A stretch of DNA of 60,243 bases from a virus (IMGVR_UViG_3300034190_001683:1-60243), one strand, 5' to 3'; positions 19,917-30,450 are shown, counted from the stretch's first letter. Numbers and translations: made by a program. Notes: generated by a model not told the origin, from the sequence alone.

Positions 19917-22900
19917 CCCCAAAAGAAAAATACAGAGCTTTAGGAGAGAATTTCTTAAAAATATACCGCTCTCCAGAATATGGACCTGAAGTTGCTCAAC
20001 AGTATTTGGCTTCTTACAACTTAGACTTTGAAAGCCTTAATAAAGCCATAGATGCTACAGATGATGAGACTACTTTTAGTGAGTTTATAGATCAGGTTCA
20101 AGAAGGGTTTAAAGGTATTATCCCCGGTGCGGCAGGTACAATAGAGACTGGGGTTGTTGGTGCTTCTGCATTAGCACCTGACGAGGGGTTTATAACAGAA
20201 AAAGGTATCCGTGATACAGCATCAGATGTATTAAGACCATTACAAGAGTTTGCAGCTCCAGAAGCAGGATTTGAAGAATCTACTGGTAGAAAGATTGGTG
20301 AAGGTCTAGGTTCGTTTTTATCTTTTGTAGGTTTAGGGTTAATACCCGGATTTGGTAAAGCGGGGTTAGCAGGGTTTGCCGCAGCTACAGGAGCGGGTGA
20401 GGCACGTTTACGTGCAGAAGCAGAAAATGCTACTCCAGAACAAATTAGTGATGCGACATTCCGTGGAACTTTTGTTGGTCTATCAGAAGCGCTTGCTCCT
20501 GCTAAAGTTTTAGGCCGTATTAAACGAACTAAAGAGGGAGCTACAGCAGTAAATAAAGCTGTTGATAGAATCTCCAGTGCTGCTATAACGGGAGGAATAG
20601 AAGGCGCACAAGAAGCTGCCGCAGGTATAGCTCAAAACTTTATAGCTCAAGACATATATAAACCGGAACAAGAATTAGTAGAAGGTCTTGGGGAAAACTT
20701 TACGATTGGAGCCACAGTTGGTGTAATAGCACAAGGATTATTTGATTTAGCCATACCACGTGCAACAAAAACTGCAAAAGCTACCACAGAAGAAAAACCT
20801 GCTACTCAAGAAGATACAGAACCTGCAAAGATGCCTACAGTACAGGAAGAGTTATTTCCTGATGATAAAAAACCTAGTAGAGCTGAATTGTCAAAACTAT
20901 CAGATAAACAAAAAGAAATAAATAAATTCAAACGTGCAGACTTCAGAGACCTTGAAAAAGAACAGACAGATCAATTCATCATAAAAGAAATTAAAAATAC
21001 AAGAGATGAGTTTGATATGTTCCAGCGTGAGAACCAAAGGCTTGAGGCTGCTTTTAATAAATCAAAAGATACAGCGGAACGAAACAGGTTAGGAAAACTA
21101 GGCCAAGAGAATTTTGCTACTATGGCTACATTAGAGCAAAAGATAAACACGTTAAAAGAACAGGCCGCTAAACGCAGGATTGCTAAATCTAAGTATGAAA
21201 GACCGACAACTCCAAAAGGACAAGCAGAGCTTGATTTCTCTGGCACTTTAGAAGACACAAGAGACCCAGTTAAAGCCCCACTACCCAAAGCCACAGCACT
21301 AGGTGGATTAGACCCAAATGTAAAATTAACTCCTGAACAGGAAGATTTTTTTATACAAGAAAGAACTAAAGCAGCCGTAGGGAAAAAAACAAAGGGAGAG
21401 GTTTTATCTGCCGAAGAAAAAGTATTAACAGATGCAAGAGATAGAGAAATAAGACAGACAGAAGTTGACTTACAACAAACAGGGGTGCAAAAAAGAGTAC
21501 CACCCTTAGTATTAAAGTCTCCTGAAGATGTTGTGTTAGGCACTCGTCAACAAGAGCAAGAATTATTGGAAGATTTAGAAGGTATAAAAAGTATTAGACA
21601 AAAGCAGTTAGATGAATTAGAGCAAGAAATAGCTAATACCACTGATAGAAATGCAAAAAGAAGGCTACAGAGAAGATTTAACAGAGTTGCTGAAGATATA
21701 AAAGGTATAAATGAAAGATTACCTCAACAACTTTTTGATGTAAGTAGAGCTAAAGATGAGGCAGTGCCGACACCAGAAGCACCCCAAAAAATAACTGAAG
21801 CAGATTTTAAAGAAATGGGTATAGGTCCTACAAACAAAAGTCTGCGTAAAAAAATACTTGGTAAAGATTTAGATAACCCAAATGAAAGAGCTGAAGTACG
21901 TGATGCTTTAAACACATACGTGCAAACTGGCAATAAAAGTGAGGGTTTACGAAACCGAGTAGAAAGTTATTTATCTAAGCCTGTATTTGCAGAACAACTA
22001 TCCTTGGGTTTACCACAACCAGTAAAGGAGACAATAGATGATAGAAGAAGAGAAATTACCCCTGACAGCGAAAGAGCTGTCCTTGGCGATGCAGCATCTG
22101 TGGCTCCCGGACCCAGTCCCGAAACAATTACAGCACCTGTCGGAGAAAGAGTGGATACAGGTAGGACTGATACTAGACAGGCTGATGTCAGAAAGAGACA
22201 GGTCGACCCTACATTAGAAGGAGAAGGAGATCTTCCTATAGGAGAAGTTTCTCGCCCTGTTCCATTAGAAGTTACAGAAGATTTCAAAAAAGCTTTTCCT
22301 AAAACGACCACAGAAACAGAAGCTGTGAGTGAATCAATGGAGGGGTTAGGAAAGTCTTTAGAGAAGTTTATTAAAAGAATACGTAAAGCAAGAGAAGAAA
22401 AGAAAGAGAAAGAAGCTAAGAAAAAACCTACAAAACAAGAACAACAAGAGTCTTTACAGACGGCTATAGTTGCAACTCCTCTAAACGAATATATACAAAG
22501 ACAACACAAAACAAAAACCCTAAATGAAGATAGAGAGTTAGAATATTTTGCAGCAGATTTGTACGTAGAGGGAAGAGCTAAGTTAGGTAAGATAAACCTA
22601 ACTGACGTTGAGACTGGTCCAAAAAGAAGAGTAAATACAATAAAATACTCTGGTTTAACTAAAACCGAAAGAACCGTTTTAGAAAGTTTAAATGAAGAAC
22701 AAAAAGCAAAAGTAGATAATAAAGTTCTTGAACTAATAGCTACCGAAGAAAAAGCAAATAAATATCAGGCTAGGTTAGATCAAGAAAAAGAAACAAAAGT
22801 AGCTGAACTAAAAGAAGGTAATACACACGTAAAAGCTATCGTAAAAATAAAAAATGAAATCATAAAAGATTGGAAAAATGCTCCTAGGATAGATGTTGTA

Positions 22901-25900
22901 CCAAATGAAAACAGACTTCCTGCAAAAATACAAACTTACTTAGAAAACAAGCGTAACGAAGATCTTCTTGATGATGATAAAAGAGTAAGAGGTGTATTTG
23001 ATGCAGAAACTAATACTGTTTACTTAGTAGCCAACGCACTTAAAGCTAATAACCAACAAGTTGCAGAAACTATATTACATGAGTCCATAGGACACTTTGG
23101 TTTACGTGCTGTGCTAGGTGATAAATATTCAGAAACGATGCAAAACATCTATAAAAATGGTAATAAAGAATTACAACAAATAGTAAATACCATGATGCAG
23201 ACAGAAGGTTTGTCAAAAGAATCTGCTGTAGAAGAATTAATAGCCGATAGCGCTGAAAAGTTAGCTAGTGGGAAGAACATAATATCTACTCTAAAATCAC
23301 TTGTTAACAAGACAGTTGCTTTTATTAAAAAATTCTTGAGAGACAACTTAGGTATTAAGATATCTGACAATAAGACTGTAGAAGACTTAGTAGCTAAATC
23401 CCTAAACTTTGTTATAAATGGTAGAAAGAAAAAATTGAAAAGAAACCCATATGCGGCAGAAATAATGCTACAAAGTGTGGCGTTAGATGCACCGGGTACT
23501 CTTGCTATAGAGAATTTGCTTTCTAAAAATATTTCTAACAAAGGTAATAATGAAGTATTTAAAGAGTTCGTAGAAAAAAATTCTTCTGTCACTGCTATGA
23601 AAGGGTTTTTCTCTAGGGCAGCGGCTAGGATAGAAGTAGAAGTAGGCTTTAAAGGCGCTTCAGTAGAACGTAAATTAAAGAAACTATATAACGGAGCAAT
23701 TAGAAACGTATTAGGTGATATAAGACCTGACTTGTTTTTAACAATGGCTGAACACTCAGATACATTAGGAACGGCTGTTATGAAGCAAGGTAAGTTGATG
23801 TTCTCAAAAGAGACTGGATGGCAAGCCGTTAAAGATAAAGATTCTTTGTTTGAAGCATACCAACAAATCGCTGATTTTGGACAGCAAATACGTGACCCAC
23901 AAAAAGCTATGGATGTGGTTAGTGATGTGTTAGTCGCAGTAAGAGCAAGTGAACTTAAAAAATACAGAAAAGACATACCTGAAGAATTGTTACCTTCTCA
24001 AGATGCTATTAACGCAGGATTAAAAGTACGAGAAATGTATCCTCAGATACAAAAAATAGAAAACACATTAAAAAATTACAGATTTAATTTAATAGATGCT
24101 TTAGTAGAAGCAGGAAGCTTGTCAAAAGATAAAGCTGATTTATGGAAAAAGGCTTCAGGGTATATACCTTGGAATCGTATAAAAGATGAAGACATTAGTA
24201 GGTTTGAAAGAGAGCCTAAAAAAGTTATAAGAGAATTAGCAACCAGAACTGAAACACGTGCATTAAAAGGTAGTAAGTCAGAAATAAATAACGTGATGAG
24301 TAATATGGTTGGATTGTCTTTTTGGATGGTTAATAGCGCAGTGCGTAATCACGCCGCACTTAGTTTAGTTGATACATTTGCAAAACCACAAAAAGATGGT
24401 GGACTAGCTACGTACGAAAAAGGTGTTTTAGTTGAAGGCGCTAAGAAAGTTAAAGGTATAGCAGAAAGTGCGTCTCAAGATCAAAAAGATAGAACGGTGC
24501 AAGTATATAGAAATGGTAAAAGAGAGTTTTATGAATTTGCTGATGTATTAGACGTATATGCCTTTAAAGGTCTGGAAGTACCCACTTCAAAAATTATTGA
24601 CGGATTTACTCTTGCATCTAATGCTCTAAGAAAAGGTGTTACAGCTATGCCTGAATTTGCGTTTAGTCAGCTATTTCAAGACGCATCACGTGCATATGTA
24701 TTGTCTGGAACTCAAAATCCTTTTAGAACAGCAAGTGGTGTAGTTAACCCATTAGCATATTTTTCTTCTAGGTTTTTAAAAGACCCAACGATTGAAAAAT
24801 TACGTAGTTTTGGGATAACTGGATCTTACGATTTGATGCACGGTAAAGCGCAAAAAGAAATAATGAAAGAGTTTAACTTAAATGAGAAAAAACCTTATGA
24901 TGCTTTACTAAACCCTCTTTCTAAAACATTTGATTTCTTAGAAAATTTCTCAATAGCATCGGATGCTAACTTACGAAAAGCTATATATGAACAAACATTA
25001 AGAGAGACTAAGTCTGAAAGATTTCCTGACGGTGATATATTGGAAGCTAGATACAGGGCGCAAGAGATAATTAATTTTAAACGACAAGGCGCCAATAAAA
25101 CCGTAGCTGTTGCAAGACAGATAGTGCCATTTTTAAATGCGTATATACAAGGTATGAGTGTCTACTATAGAACAATGATGGGAGAAGGAATTACTAACCA
25201 AGAAAAACGTGCGGCATTTAATTTATTCCTAAGTTCAGCAGCTAAACTAACGGCTTTAAGTTTTTTATATGCCACATTAGTTGCAGGAGATGAAGAATAT
25301 GAAGCACAAGAAGATTATATAAAAAACAAAAATTTCTTTATACCGGGTACACCGTTAAAAATCCCTGTTGCTCCAGAAATAGGTTTTTTATTTAAAGTTT
25401 TACCCGAAAGAACATACAGTTACATAGCTAGTCAAGGAACAGAAAGGCCACAGGACGCAACTAAATTTCTTGAGGCTATGAGAACAGCTCTTGTTGATAG
25501 TTTTAGTGGCCCAAACTTAACTCCTCAATTACTTAAAACCCCTGTCGAGTTACTCGTAAATTATTCTTTTTTTAGAGATGCTCCTATCGTACCTACACGA
25601 TTAAAAAATTTAGAAGAAGAGCTTCAATTTACTTCATCTACGTCAGAGTTTTCTAAATTTATAGCGCCATATATGCTGGGTAATCCCATACAAATAGATT
25701 ATTTTATAAAAGGTATGTTTGGCATATTAGGAGGAAACGTATTATACGCAACTAACTTAATAACTGCGCCAAATAGAAGAGATTTTAACTATTATGAAAT
25801 ACCGATTGTAAAAACATTCACTCGTGATGCAATACCATCTGGTCTTAAATCAGAGTTTTATGCTCTTAGAGATGATATGGACAGAGTAGCAGATTCAATT

Positions 25901-26170
25901 CGTCAATTATCTTTAAACCCTGCCGATGCCGATAATTTAATAGAATATTTAAGTAAGGATAATAACTACGATAAGCTTTACATATCTAAAATATTAGATA
26001 GCGTACAAAGACAATTATCTATGTCCAGAAGAGCAAAGCGAGATATTGAAGCAAGTAAAGATTTATCCAGTGAGGAAAAACAAGAACTTGTTAACAGAAT
26101 AGACGAGCATGACAATATGCTTATAAGGTCTATAAACATACCTAAAATTAGAAAATTCCTAGGATATTAA
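19913..26170 (+). CDS. Large polyvalent/ejection protein (zincin-like HExxxH domain; LPD38-like C-terminus)
   Basis: 2085 aa; RGVFD...VYLVA...ILHESIGHFGL; C-terminal INF.R.G...VPFLNAYIQG motif. Confidence 0.7.
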   Translation: MTPKEKYRALGENFLKIYRSPEYGPEVAQQYLASYNLDFESLNKAIDATDDETTFSEFIDQVQEGFKGIIPGAAGTIETGVVGASALAPDEGFITEKGIRDTASDVLRPLQEFAAPEAGFEESTGRKIGEGLGSFLSFVGLGLIPGFGKAGLAGFAAATGAGEARLRAEAENATPEQISDATFRGTFVGLSEALAPAKVLGRIKRTKEGATAVNKAVDRISSAAITGGIEGAQEAAAGIAQNFIAQDIYKPEQELVEGLGENFTIGATVGVIAQGLFDLAIPRATKTAKATTEEKPATQEDTEPAKMPTVQEELFPDDKKPSRAELSKLSDKQKEINKFKRADFRDLEKEQTDQFIIKEIKNTRDEFDMFQRENQRLEAAFNKSKDTAERNRLGKLGQENFATMATLEQKINTLKEQAAKRRIAKSKYERPTTPKGQAELDFSGTLEDTRDPVKAPLPKATALGGLDPNVKLTPEQEDFFIQERTKAAVGKKTKGEVLSAEEKVLTDARDREIRQTEVDLQQTGVQKRVPPLVLKSPEDVVLGTRQQEQELLEDLEGIKSIRQKQLDELEQEIANTTDRNAKRRLQRRFNRVAEDIKGINERLPQQLFDVSRAKDEAVPTPEAPQKITEADFKEMGIGPTNKSLRKKILGKDLDNPNERAEVRDALNTYVQTGNKSEGLRNRVESYLSKPVFAEQLSLGLPQPVKETIDDRRREITPDSERAVLGDAASVAPGPSPETITAPVGERVDTGRTDTRQADVRKRQVDPTLEGEGDLPIGEVSRPVPLEVTEDFKKAFPKTTTETEAVSESMEGLGKSLEKFIKRIRKAREEKKEKEAKKKPTKQEQQESLQTAIVATPLNEYIQRQHKTKTLNEDRELEYFAADLYVEGRAKLGKINLTDVETGPKRRVNTIKYSGLTKTERTVLESLNEEQKAKVDNKVLELIATEEKANKYQARLDQEKETKVAELKEGNTHVKAIVKIKNEIIKDWKNAPRIDVVPNENRLPAKIQTYLENKRNEDLLDDDKRVRGVFDAETNTVYLVANALKANNQQVAETILHESIGHFGLRAVLGDKYSETMQNIYKNGNKELQQIVNTMMQTEGLSKESAVEELIADSAEKLASGKNIISTLKSLVNKTVAFIKKFLRDNLGIKISDNKTVEDLVAKSLNFVINGRKKKLKRNPYAAEIMLQSVALDAPGTLAIENLLSKNISNKGNNEVFKEFVEKNSSVTAMKGFFSRAAARIEVEVGFKGASVERKLKKLYNGAIRNVLGDIRPDLFLTMAEHSDTLGTAVMKQGKLMFSKETGWQAVKDKDSLFEAYQQIADFGQQIRDPQKAMDVVSDVLVAVRASELKKYRKDIPEELLPSQDAINAGLKVREMYPQIQKIENTLKNYRFNLIDALVEAGSLSKDKADLWKKASGYIPWNRIKDEDISRFEREPKKVIRELATRTETRALKGSKSEINNVMSNMVGLSFWMVNSAVRNHAALSLVDTFAKPQKDGGLATYEKGVLVEGAKKVKGIAESASQDQKDRTVQVYRNGKREFYEFADVLDVYAFKGLEVPTSKIIDGFTLASNALRKGVTAMPEFAFSQLFQDASRAYVLSGTQNPFRTASGVVNPLAYFSSRFLKDPTIEKLRSFGITGSYDLMHGKAQKEIMKEFNLNEKKPYDALLNPLSKTFDFLENFSIASDANLRKAIYEQTLRETKSERFPDGDILEARYRAQEIINFKRQGANKTVAVARQIVPFLNAYIQGMSVYYRTMMGEGITNQEKRAAFNLFLSSAAKLTALSFLYATLVAGDEEYEAQEDYIKNKNFFIPGTPLKIPVAPEIGFLFKVLPERTYSYIASQGTERPQDATKFLEAMRTALVDSFSGPNLTPQLLKTPVELLVNYSFFRDAPIVPTRLKNLEEELQFTSSTSEFSKFIAPYMLGNPIQIDYFIKGMFGILGGNVLYATNLITAPNRRDFNYYEIPIVKTFTRDAIPSGLKSEFYALRDDMDRVADSIRQLSLNPADADNLIEYLSKDNNYDKLYISKILDSVQRQLSMSRRAKRDIEASKDLSSEEKQELVNRIDEHDNMLIRSINIPKIRKFLGY

Positions 26171-26209
26171 AAAAATCCCCCAGTAAAGTGTCCGCTCTCT
26201 ACTAGGGGA
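26169..26209 (-). terminator. Intrinsic terminator of the leftward arm
   Basis: Minus strand UCCCCUAGUA...UACUGGGGGA followed by U7; one G.U pair forms only on this strand. Confidence 0.65.
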
Positions 26210-26278
26210 AAATGCCTTTCTAACTTTCGGTGAAGGAGAGCCAAAAACCTAGAAAGGACTTTTAAAATGAACGAATGT
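26169..26278 (-). ncRNA. Candidate small RNA with anti-Shine-Dalgarno apical loop
   Basis: Upstream promoter-like motif, long stem with loop CUCUCCUUCA, then terminator. Confidence 0.45.
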
Positions 26279-26284
26279 GAGTAA

Positions 26285-26314
26285 ATTCTACCATTCTATT
26301 CTCCAACATCGCAA
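26285..26314 (-). promoter_or_regulatory. Putative sigma70 promoter (TTGCGA-N18-TAGAAT, extended -10)
   Basis: Read on the minus strand; TG motif precedes TAGAAT. Confidence 0.45.
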
Positions 26315-26491
26315 CCCATATCTATTCTTATCTATAACTTGTTTGCATATTACGTTATATTTACGCCTATTTGCCTCCGCTAAGACATATTCTTTTACTG
26401 GTTTGACGTCCAAACAAGGGATAAAAACAGACGTACCAACCTCAAATTCATTCCAAGATATCCTCACTGGCAGACCCATTATCCGTATCAC
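26288..26491 (-). CDS. Hypothetical protein
   Basis: ORF track; GTG start after GAGGGG. Confidence 0.6.
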   Translation of the reverse strand: MIRIMGLPVRISWNEFEVGTSVFIPCLDVKPVKEYVLAEANRRKYNVICKQVIDKNRYGLRCWRIEW

Positions 26492-29312
26492 TTGCAAACC
26501 CCTCTAAATCAAAACTATCTAACTTTTTAGTATTGAACTCAAGACATCTAACACTATTTGTTGCGCTAGATAAAGACGTACCTGCTAATAATCTTTTCTT
26601 CTTTATGCCTAGATAAGACCCACTCTTCTTGTAATCTAACAAAGAGTCTTCAAAACTGATGTAGTTTCTACTGCAATACTGCTGATACATACTTTTAGAT
26701 ACATACAGTCTTTCCTCATCTTTCTCTAATCTAGCTACACAAGAGGTTCTAGGTTCTTTTATTGCGCCCATATCTAACCCTGTGCGTTTATCTTTACCCA
26801 CGTTAACAACTGTAATACCTAATGGGTGCGAGTTTAGGAACGCTCCTAGTATCTCTCCATATTCCGTCAAAGAATCTTTGTTACTCTTTCTACTGTGGTT
26901 AATTAAGTTAACGCAATAATCAAATACAGGTTTTATAGGTATATCGTGCAGTCCTAAATCTTTTGCTATCATCCCACCTGTTAGTGCAACTGCCGCACCT
27001 GCTGACCAAAACCTTTCAGTATTTTTAATGTTAGCGGCTCTATCCATTATCTGGTTTGTTTCGTTTAACTTAGCAATTACATCTGGTAAGTTGTTTACAC
27101 AGTATTGAATATACGGTTTTATTGCGTGTCCGTAGTGTTTACTTATCCTACCAAAGTGAGCCTTTGACCACGTTGGGTCATTAAATTTATCTACTGGTAA
27201 CTTGTCTTCCAGTATACGCATTAATTCGGCGTCGGGAAAAGCCTTAATAGATAATAATTTATCTCGTATTCTAGTATTAGAAGTAGATACCACAGGAATA
27301 GACCAAGTAGTTTTGTTTAATCTTTCTTTATTTGCTTTGGCATCCATTCTATTTTTGCCACGACCTGATGTAATGTCATAGATGAGGTTACTCATCATCT
27401 TTGGTTCCATGTTTGTTATTTCATCAATAGTCGGTGTTAAACTTTGCATAGAACCTAATCTTTGCATCCTAGAGTTGTGCGTATCATCCCACTTTAAAAC
27501 TAATGCTTTTGGGTTTCCATAAATACTATTTAACAAATGTAGCACCGAGGATTTACCTGCCCCACTTCCGGGAGATATCAAATTATATAACAACCCATCT
27601 AACATACCGTCTCCCACAAACTTCATGAGAGGACCACCAAAACCTAGAAAAAATGCAAAAGCTTTACCGATTCTATCTTCGTGTGCATAGGCATTGATAA
27701 TATCTTTCCACGTGTGGAAGTCTCCTCTTTCATGAAACATAGGTGTTAGTATTAGTGTGGGTGTTGTTGGAGGGCTGTATGATGGTTCTGCCTGTCCAAC
27801 TCTTATCTCTTTATCTCCATACACAAATAAACTATCTTCGTCATGCCAACCAAACTGTCTCCTAGCTATTTCTGCTTTCTTTTCATTCTGTAATTTTTCT
27901 ACTGATTTGTTTATGTATTGCATCAAATAATCCTGTCTTTTTCCTAAAGCTGTTACACCATGAAATGCCACCGCCGCTAAAAATTTATCTTTAGCCAGAG
28001 TAGAACTCAAAGGTACTATGAACTCTCTAACTCCATCCTTAGGTAAATGTAACCTAATTAAAAGACTTTCGCCATCTTCTGGGTCATGTATTCTCTTTAC
28101 TACATATAAATCGTATGGATAAACACATACATTTTCGGGCGGTTCTTCTTCACTCTTTTTAATTTCTATGTATACACCACCTGTAGGCGGTCTGTTAAAT
28201 CCACGTGGCGGTAATGGTATTTCATATGTTTGTTTTTCTTTTGTGACAGCATTTTCTTCTTTGACTACATAGTCTTCTACTTTAGATTTTATAAACTCTT
28301 TACCTAACACAACAGGAGAAGTTATCTTGTGTTGACATCCTTCACATCCACCCGGATTCAAAGTTTTAAATGTCTCACATTTATATGGTCCTTTAGTTTT
28401 CGATGCTTTATAAAATGCTTCTTCTTCATTGTAGTGTGGATGCTTGTTAGACATTATCCGAATAGCTTTTGACCTATCTGTACATACTTCTGCTATAGAT
28501 AAAACTGCTCTCCACATAGGTTCTTCTAAAGATTCTTGATTACCATATGCGTATACTATTTGGGCGCAACCAACACCCCCCATAGATTTCTTGAATATTG
28601 TTTTAAATTCAGTTTTAAAGTTGCCTTGTAGTTTCTTTGTTAGAGGGTCGGTGTAATCTCTAAAATCTTTTTTCCGTAGTTGGTCAAATAAAGATGCCGA
28701 ACTATATCCACTTACTGCATTTTCTATTTGTTCTAACTCTACAGGCTCACCCTTACTACGCACAACTACTGGTTTTGGTTCATCTCCCTTGAAGTTAAAT
28801 GTATCTGGTACACGTAAAATCCTAGCATTGTCAGCCGTGACGTTTGCATCAGCAGAGAAGTTTTTATCTGAACATAAGGCTTTTAAACTCTCAGCAATAG
28901 GCTTCCACGTCTCTTTTGATATCGACGTAGTTAAAACCCAGTAAACGTGTATACCGTTACCAGAATCTACTAACAAAGATGGTTTAGGTAAACCTGCTTC
29001 TCTACGAAAAGCTTTGAAGGCTTTTAAACCATCGGACTTTGTTTCATAGTCTTTATTAGGCCCACAGTCCACATCCATAAAAAAACATTTAAGTTCTTTA
29101 GAATTTTCTTGCGACCTACTACTATCATCAGTAAATGATGCCAAAGCGACGTACGCATCGCTCTTTCTTTCAACTATTCCTTCTGTATCTTTAACTAATT
29201 CATCAACAGTTCTATAAAATTTATCTTTATTATTTTTTCTTTTTATATCTGTAGAACAATATAGACCGTTAGTCGGTAATACAAAAGAAAGAAACTCTTT
29301 CTTTGTAAGCAT
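26448..29312 (-). CDS. Primase-helicase (AEP/RepB-like primase, DUF927-like region, P-loop helicase)
   Basis: FFMDVD, SGNGIHVYW and RILRVP primase motifs; Cys cluster; Walker A GSGAGKSS, Walker B IDE. Confidence 0.85.
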   Translation of the reverse strand: MLTKKEFLSFVLPTNGLYCSTDIKRKNNKDKFYRTVDELVKDTEGIVERKSDAYVALASFTDDSSRSQENSKELKCFFMDVDCGPNKDYETKSDGLKAFKAFRREAGLPKPSLLVDSGNGIHVYWVLTTSISKETWKPIAESLKALCSDKNFSADANVTADNARILRVPDTFNFKGDEPKPVVVRSKGEPVELEQIENAVSGYSSASLFDQLRKKDFRDYTDPLTKKLQGNFKTEFKTIFKKSMGGVGCAQIVYAYGNQESLEEPMWRAVLSIAEVCTDRSKAIRIMSNKHPHYNEEEAFYKASKTKGPYKCETFKTLNPGGCEGCQHKITSPVVLGKEFIKSKVEDYVVKEENAVTKEKQTYEIPLPPRGFNRPPTGGVYIEIKKSEEEPPENVCVYPYDLYVVKRIHDPEDGESLLIRLHLPKDGVREFIVPLSSTLAKDKFLAAVAFHGVTALGKRQDYLMQYINKSVEKLQNEKKAEIARRQFGWHDEDSLFVYGDKEIRVGQAEPSYSPPTTPTLILTPMFHERGDFHTWKDIINAYAHEDRIGKAFAFFLGFGGPLMKFVGDGMLDGLLYNLISPGSGAGKSSVLHLLNSIYGNPKALVLKWDDTHNSRMQRLGSMQSLTPTIDEITNMEPKMMSNLIYDITSGRGKNRMDAKANKERLNKTTWSIPVVSTSNTRIRDKLLSIKAFPDAELMRILEDKLPVDKFNDPTWSKAHFGRISKHYGHAIKPYIQYCVNNLPDVIAKLNETNQIMDRAANIKNTERFWSAGAAVALTGGMIAKDLGLHDIPIKPVFDYCVNLINHSRKSNKDSLTEYGEILGAFLNSHPLGITVVNVGKDKRTGLDMGAIKEPRTSCVARLEKDEERLYVSKSMYQQYCSRNYISFEDSLLDYKKSGSYLGIKKKRLLAGTSLSSATNSVRCLEFNTKKLDSFDLEGFASDTDNGSASEDILE

Positions 29313-29343
29313 AATAATCCCCTAGGGTAGGGGGAATTACCCC

Positions 29344-29577
29344 CTAGTTTTTTAATTTAGCAACTAACTTTTCTACCTGTTTGATATGCGTGTCTTGAAT
29401 TGTAGTAATACCTTTGAACCAATTGTAGACAGTCATCCGAGTAACATTAAGATACTCAGCCACATCATTTACAGGTATATCGTTTTGTACACAAATTAAC
29501 CCTAGTTTTACACCTAACAAGTCTGAGTCCGCTTCGTTAACCGCATTAACAAATTGCACGGAGTAACCTTTTGACAT
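29344..29577 (-). CDS. Cro/XRE-like helix-turn-helix protein
   Basis: VAEYLNVTRMTVYNWFKG. Confidence 0.8.
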   Translation of the reverse strand: MSKGYSVQFVNAVNEADSDLLGVKLGLICVQNDIPVNDVAEYLNVTRMTVYNWFKGITTIQDTHIKQVEKLVAKLKN

Positions 29578-29580
29578 ATA

Positions 29581-30450
29581 TCACTCCTCGTCGTCGTCCC
29601 ACTCGTCAATAACTTTCTCTACATCAACCTTAGACGGAGCCTCTTTTTCTTTCTTATTGGCTACCTTTTTAGGTTCAGCAGACTCGGCAGGTTCCTCTAT
29701 CTTAGCAGGTGCTTCCTTATGCTCTATCTGTTTGGCAGTTTGATTAACCGACATAGTAACTAACCTTTTTACCTCATCAGATTCAGACTTCTCAAGTGCT
29801 ACATCAAACTCGTCATTCTCTAATAAACGTACAGGCTTGAAAGTTATCTTACCAATACCAGAAGTATCAAAACGCATCTCTGTTACTACAGACATGATAG
29901 GTGCGCCCTGTGTAGCAATACGTCTTGCATATGCTTGTAAAGGCCACTTGTTATTTTCACCCTCACCGAAAATAGACTTAGCAGGTACATTCAATTGATA
30001 GACAGGGCCATTAATATCACCTTCCAAAACAACAGCAATACGTTGTTGGAATCTACAAGCACGGCTCTCCCCTTGCCCAGAACCTTTGATATTTTGTGGA
30101 CAGTCTACACAATTTTTAGACTGTGGGTTTTCTACTTTCGGGTCTGGTTTAGAACCATCAGCCGACCAACAATCAGGTGCAGATACTACACCTTTCTTAT
30201 AAGCCCCTGCATAATAAATCCTAGAGACGTGTTCAGATGCGCCAACAATAACTACATTCATGGCACGGTCTTCATTACAAGCAACTTCTTTACCGTCTAC
30301 CATCATGCGCCATACACCACCCTCAATGGAAATACGTCTAATTCCAGAACCACCAGAACCACCCATCAATGACTTCGTTAAATTATCTACACCACCCTTA
30401 TTACGAATGTGGTCAGGTAATCCTTTTTTAAATATTGCGATATCGCTCAT
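29581..30450 (-). CDS. Putative ssDNA-binding/annealing protein
   Basis: Replication module; CWS.DG..P and C..CP.N motifs; acidic C-terminal tail WDDDEE. Confidence 0.55.
   Translation of the reverse strand: MSDIAIFKKGLPDHIRNKGGVDNLTKSLMGGSGGSGIRRISIEGGVWRMMVDGKEVACNEDRAMNVVIVGASEHVSRIYYAGAYKKGVVSAPDCWSADGSKPDPKVENPQSKNCVDCPQNIKGSGQGESRACRFQQRIAVVLEGDINGPVYQLNVPAKSIFGEGENNKWPLQAYARRIATQGAPIMSVVTEMRFDTSGIGKITFKPVRLLENDEFDVALEKSESDEVKRLVTMSVNQTAKQIEHKEAPAKIEEPAESAEPKKVANKKEKEAPSKVDVEKVIDEWDDDEE

Noticed and set aside
20971-23976. Long antisense ORFs (190, 180, 275 aa) inside the large protein
   Set aside because: They are shadow frames of a biased-codon gene, with S/F/L-rich composition and no RBS.
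19913-26170. N4-like virion RNA polymerase using the palindromes as hairpin promoters
   Set aside because: I recognised no RNA polymerase catalytic motifs, and host sigma70 promoters are present in the early region.
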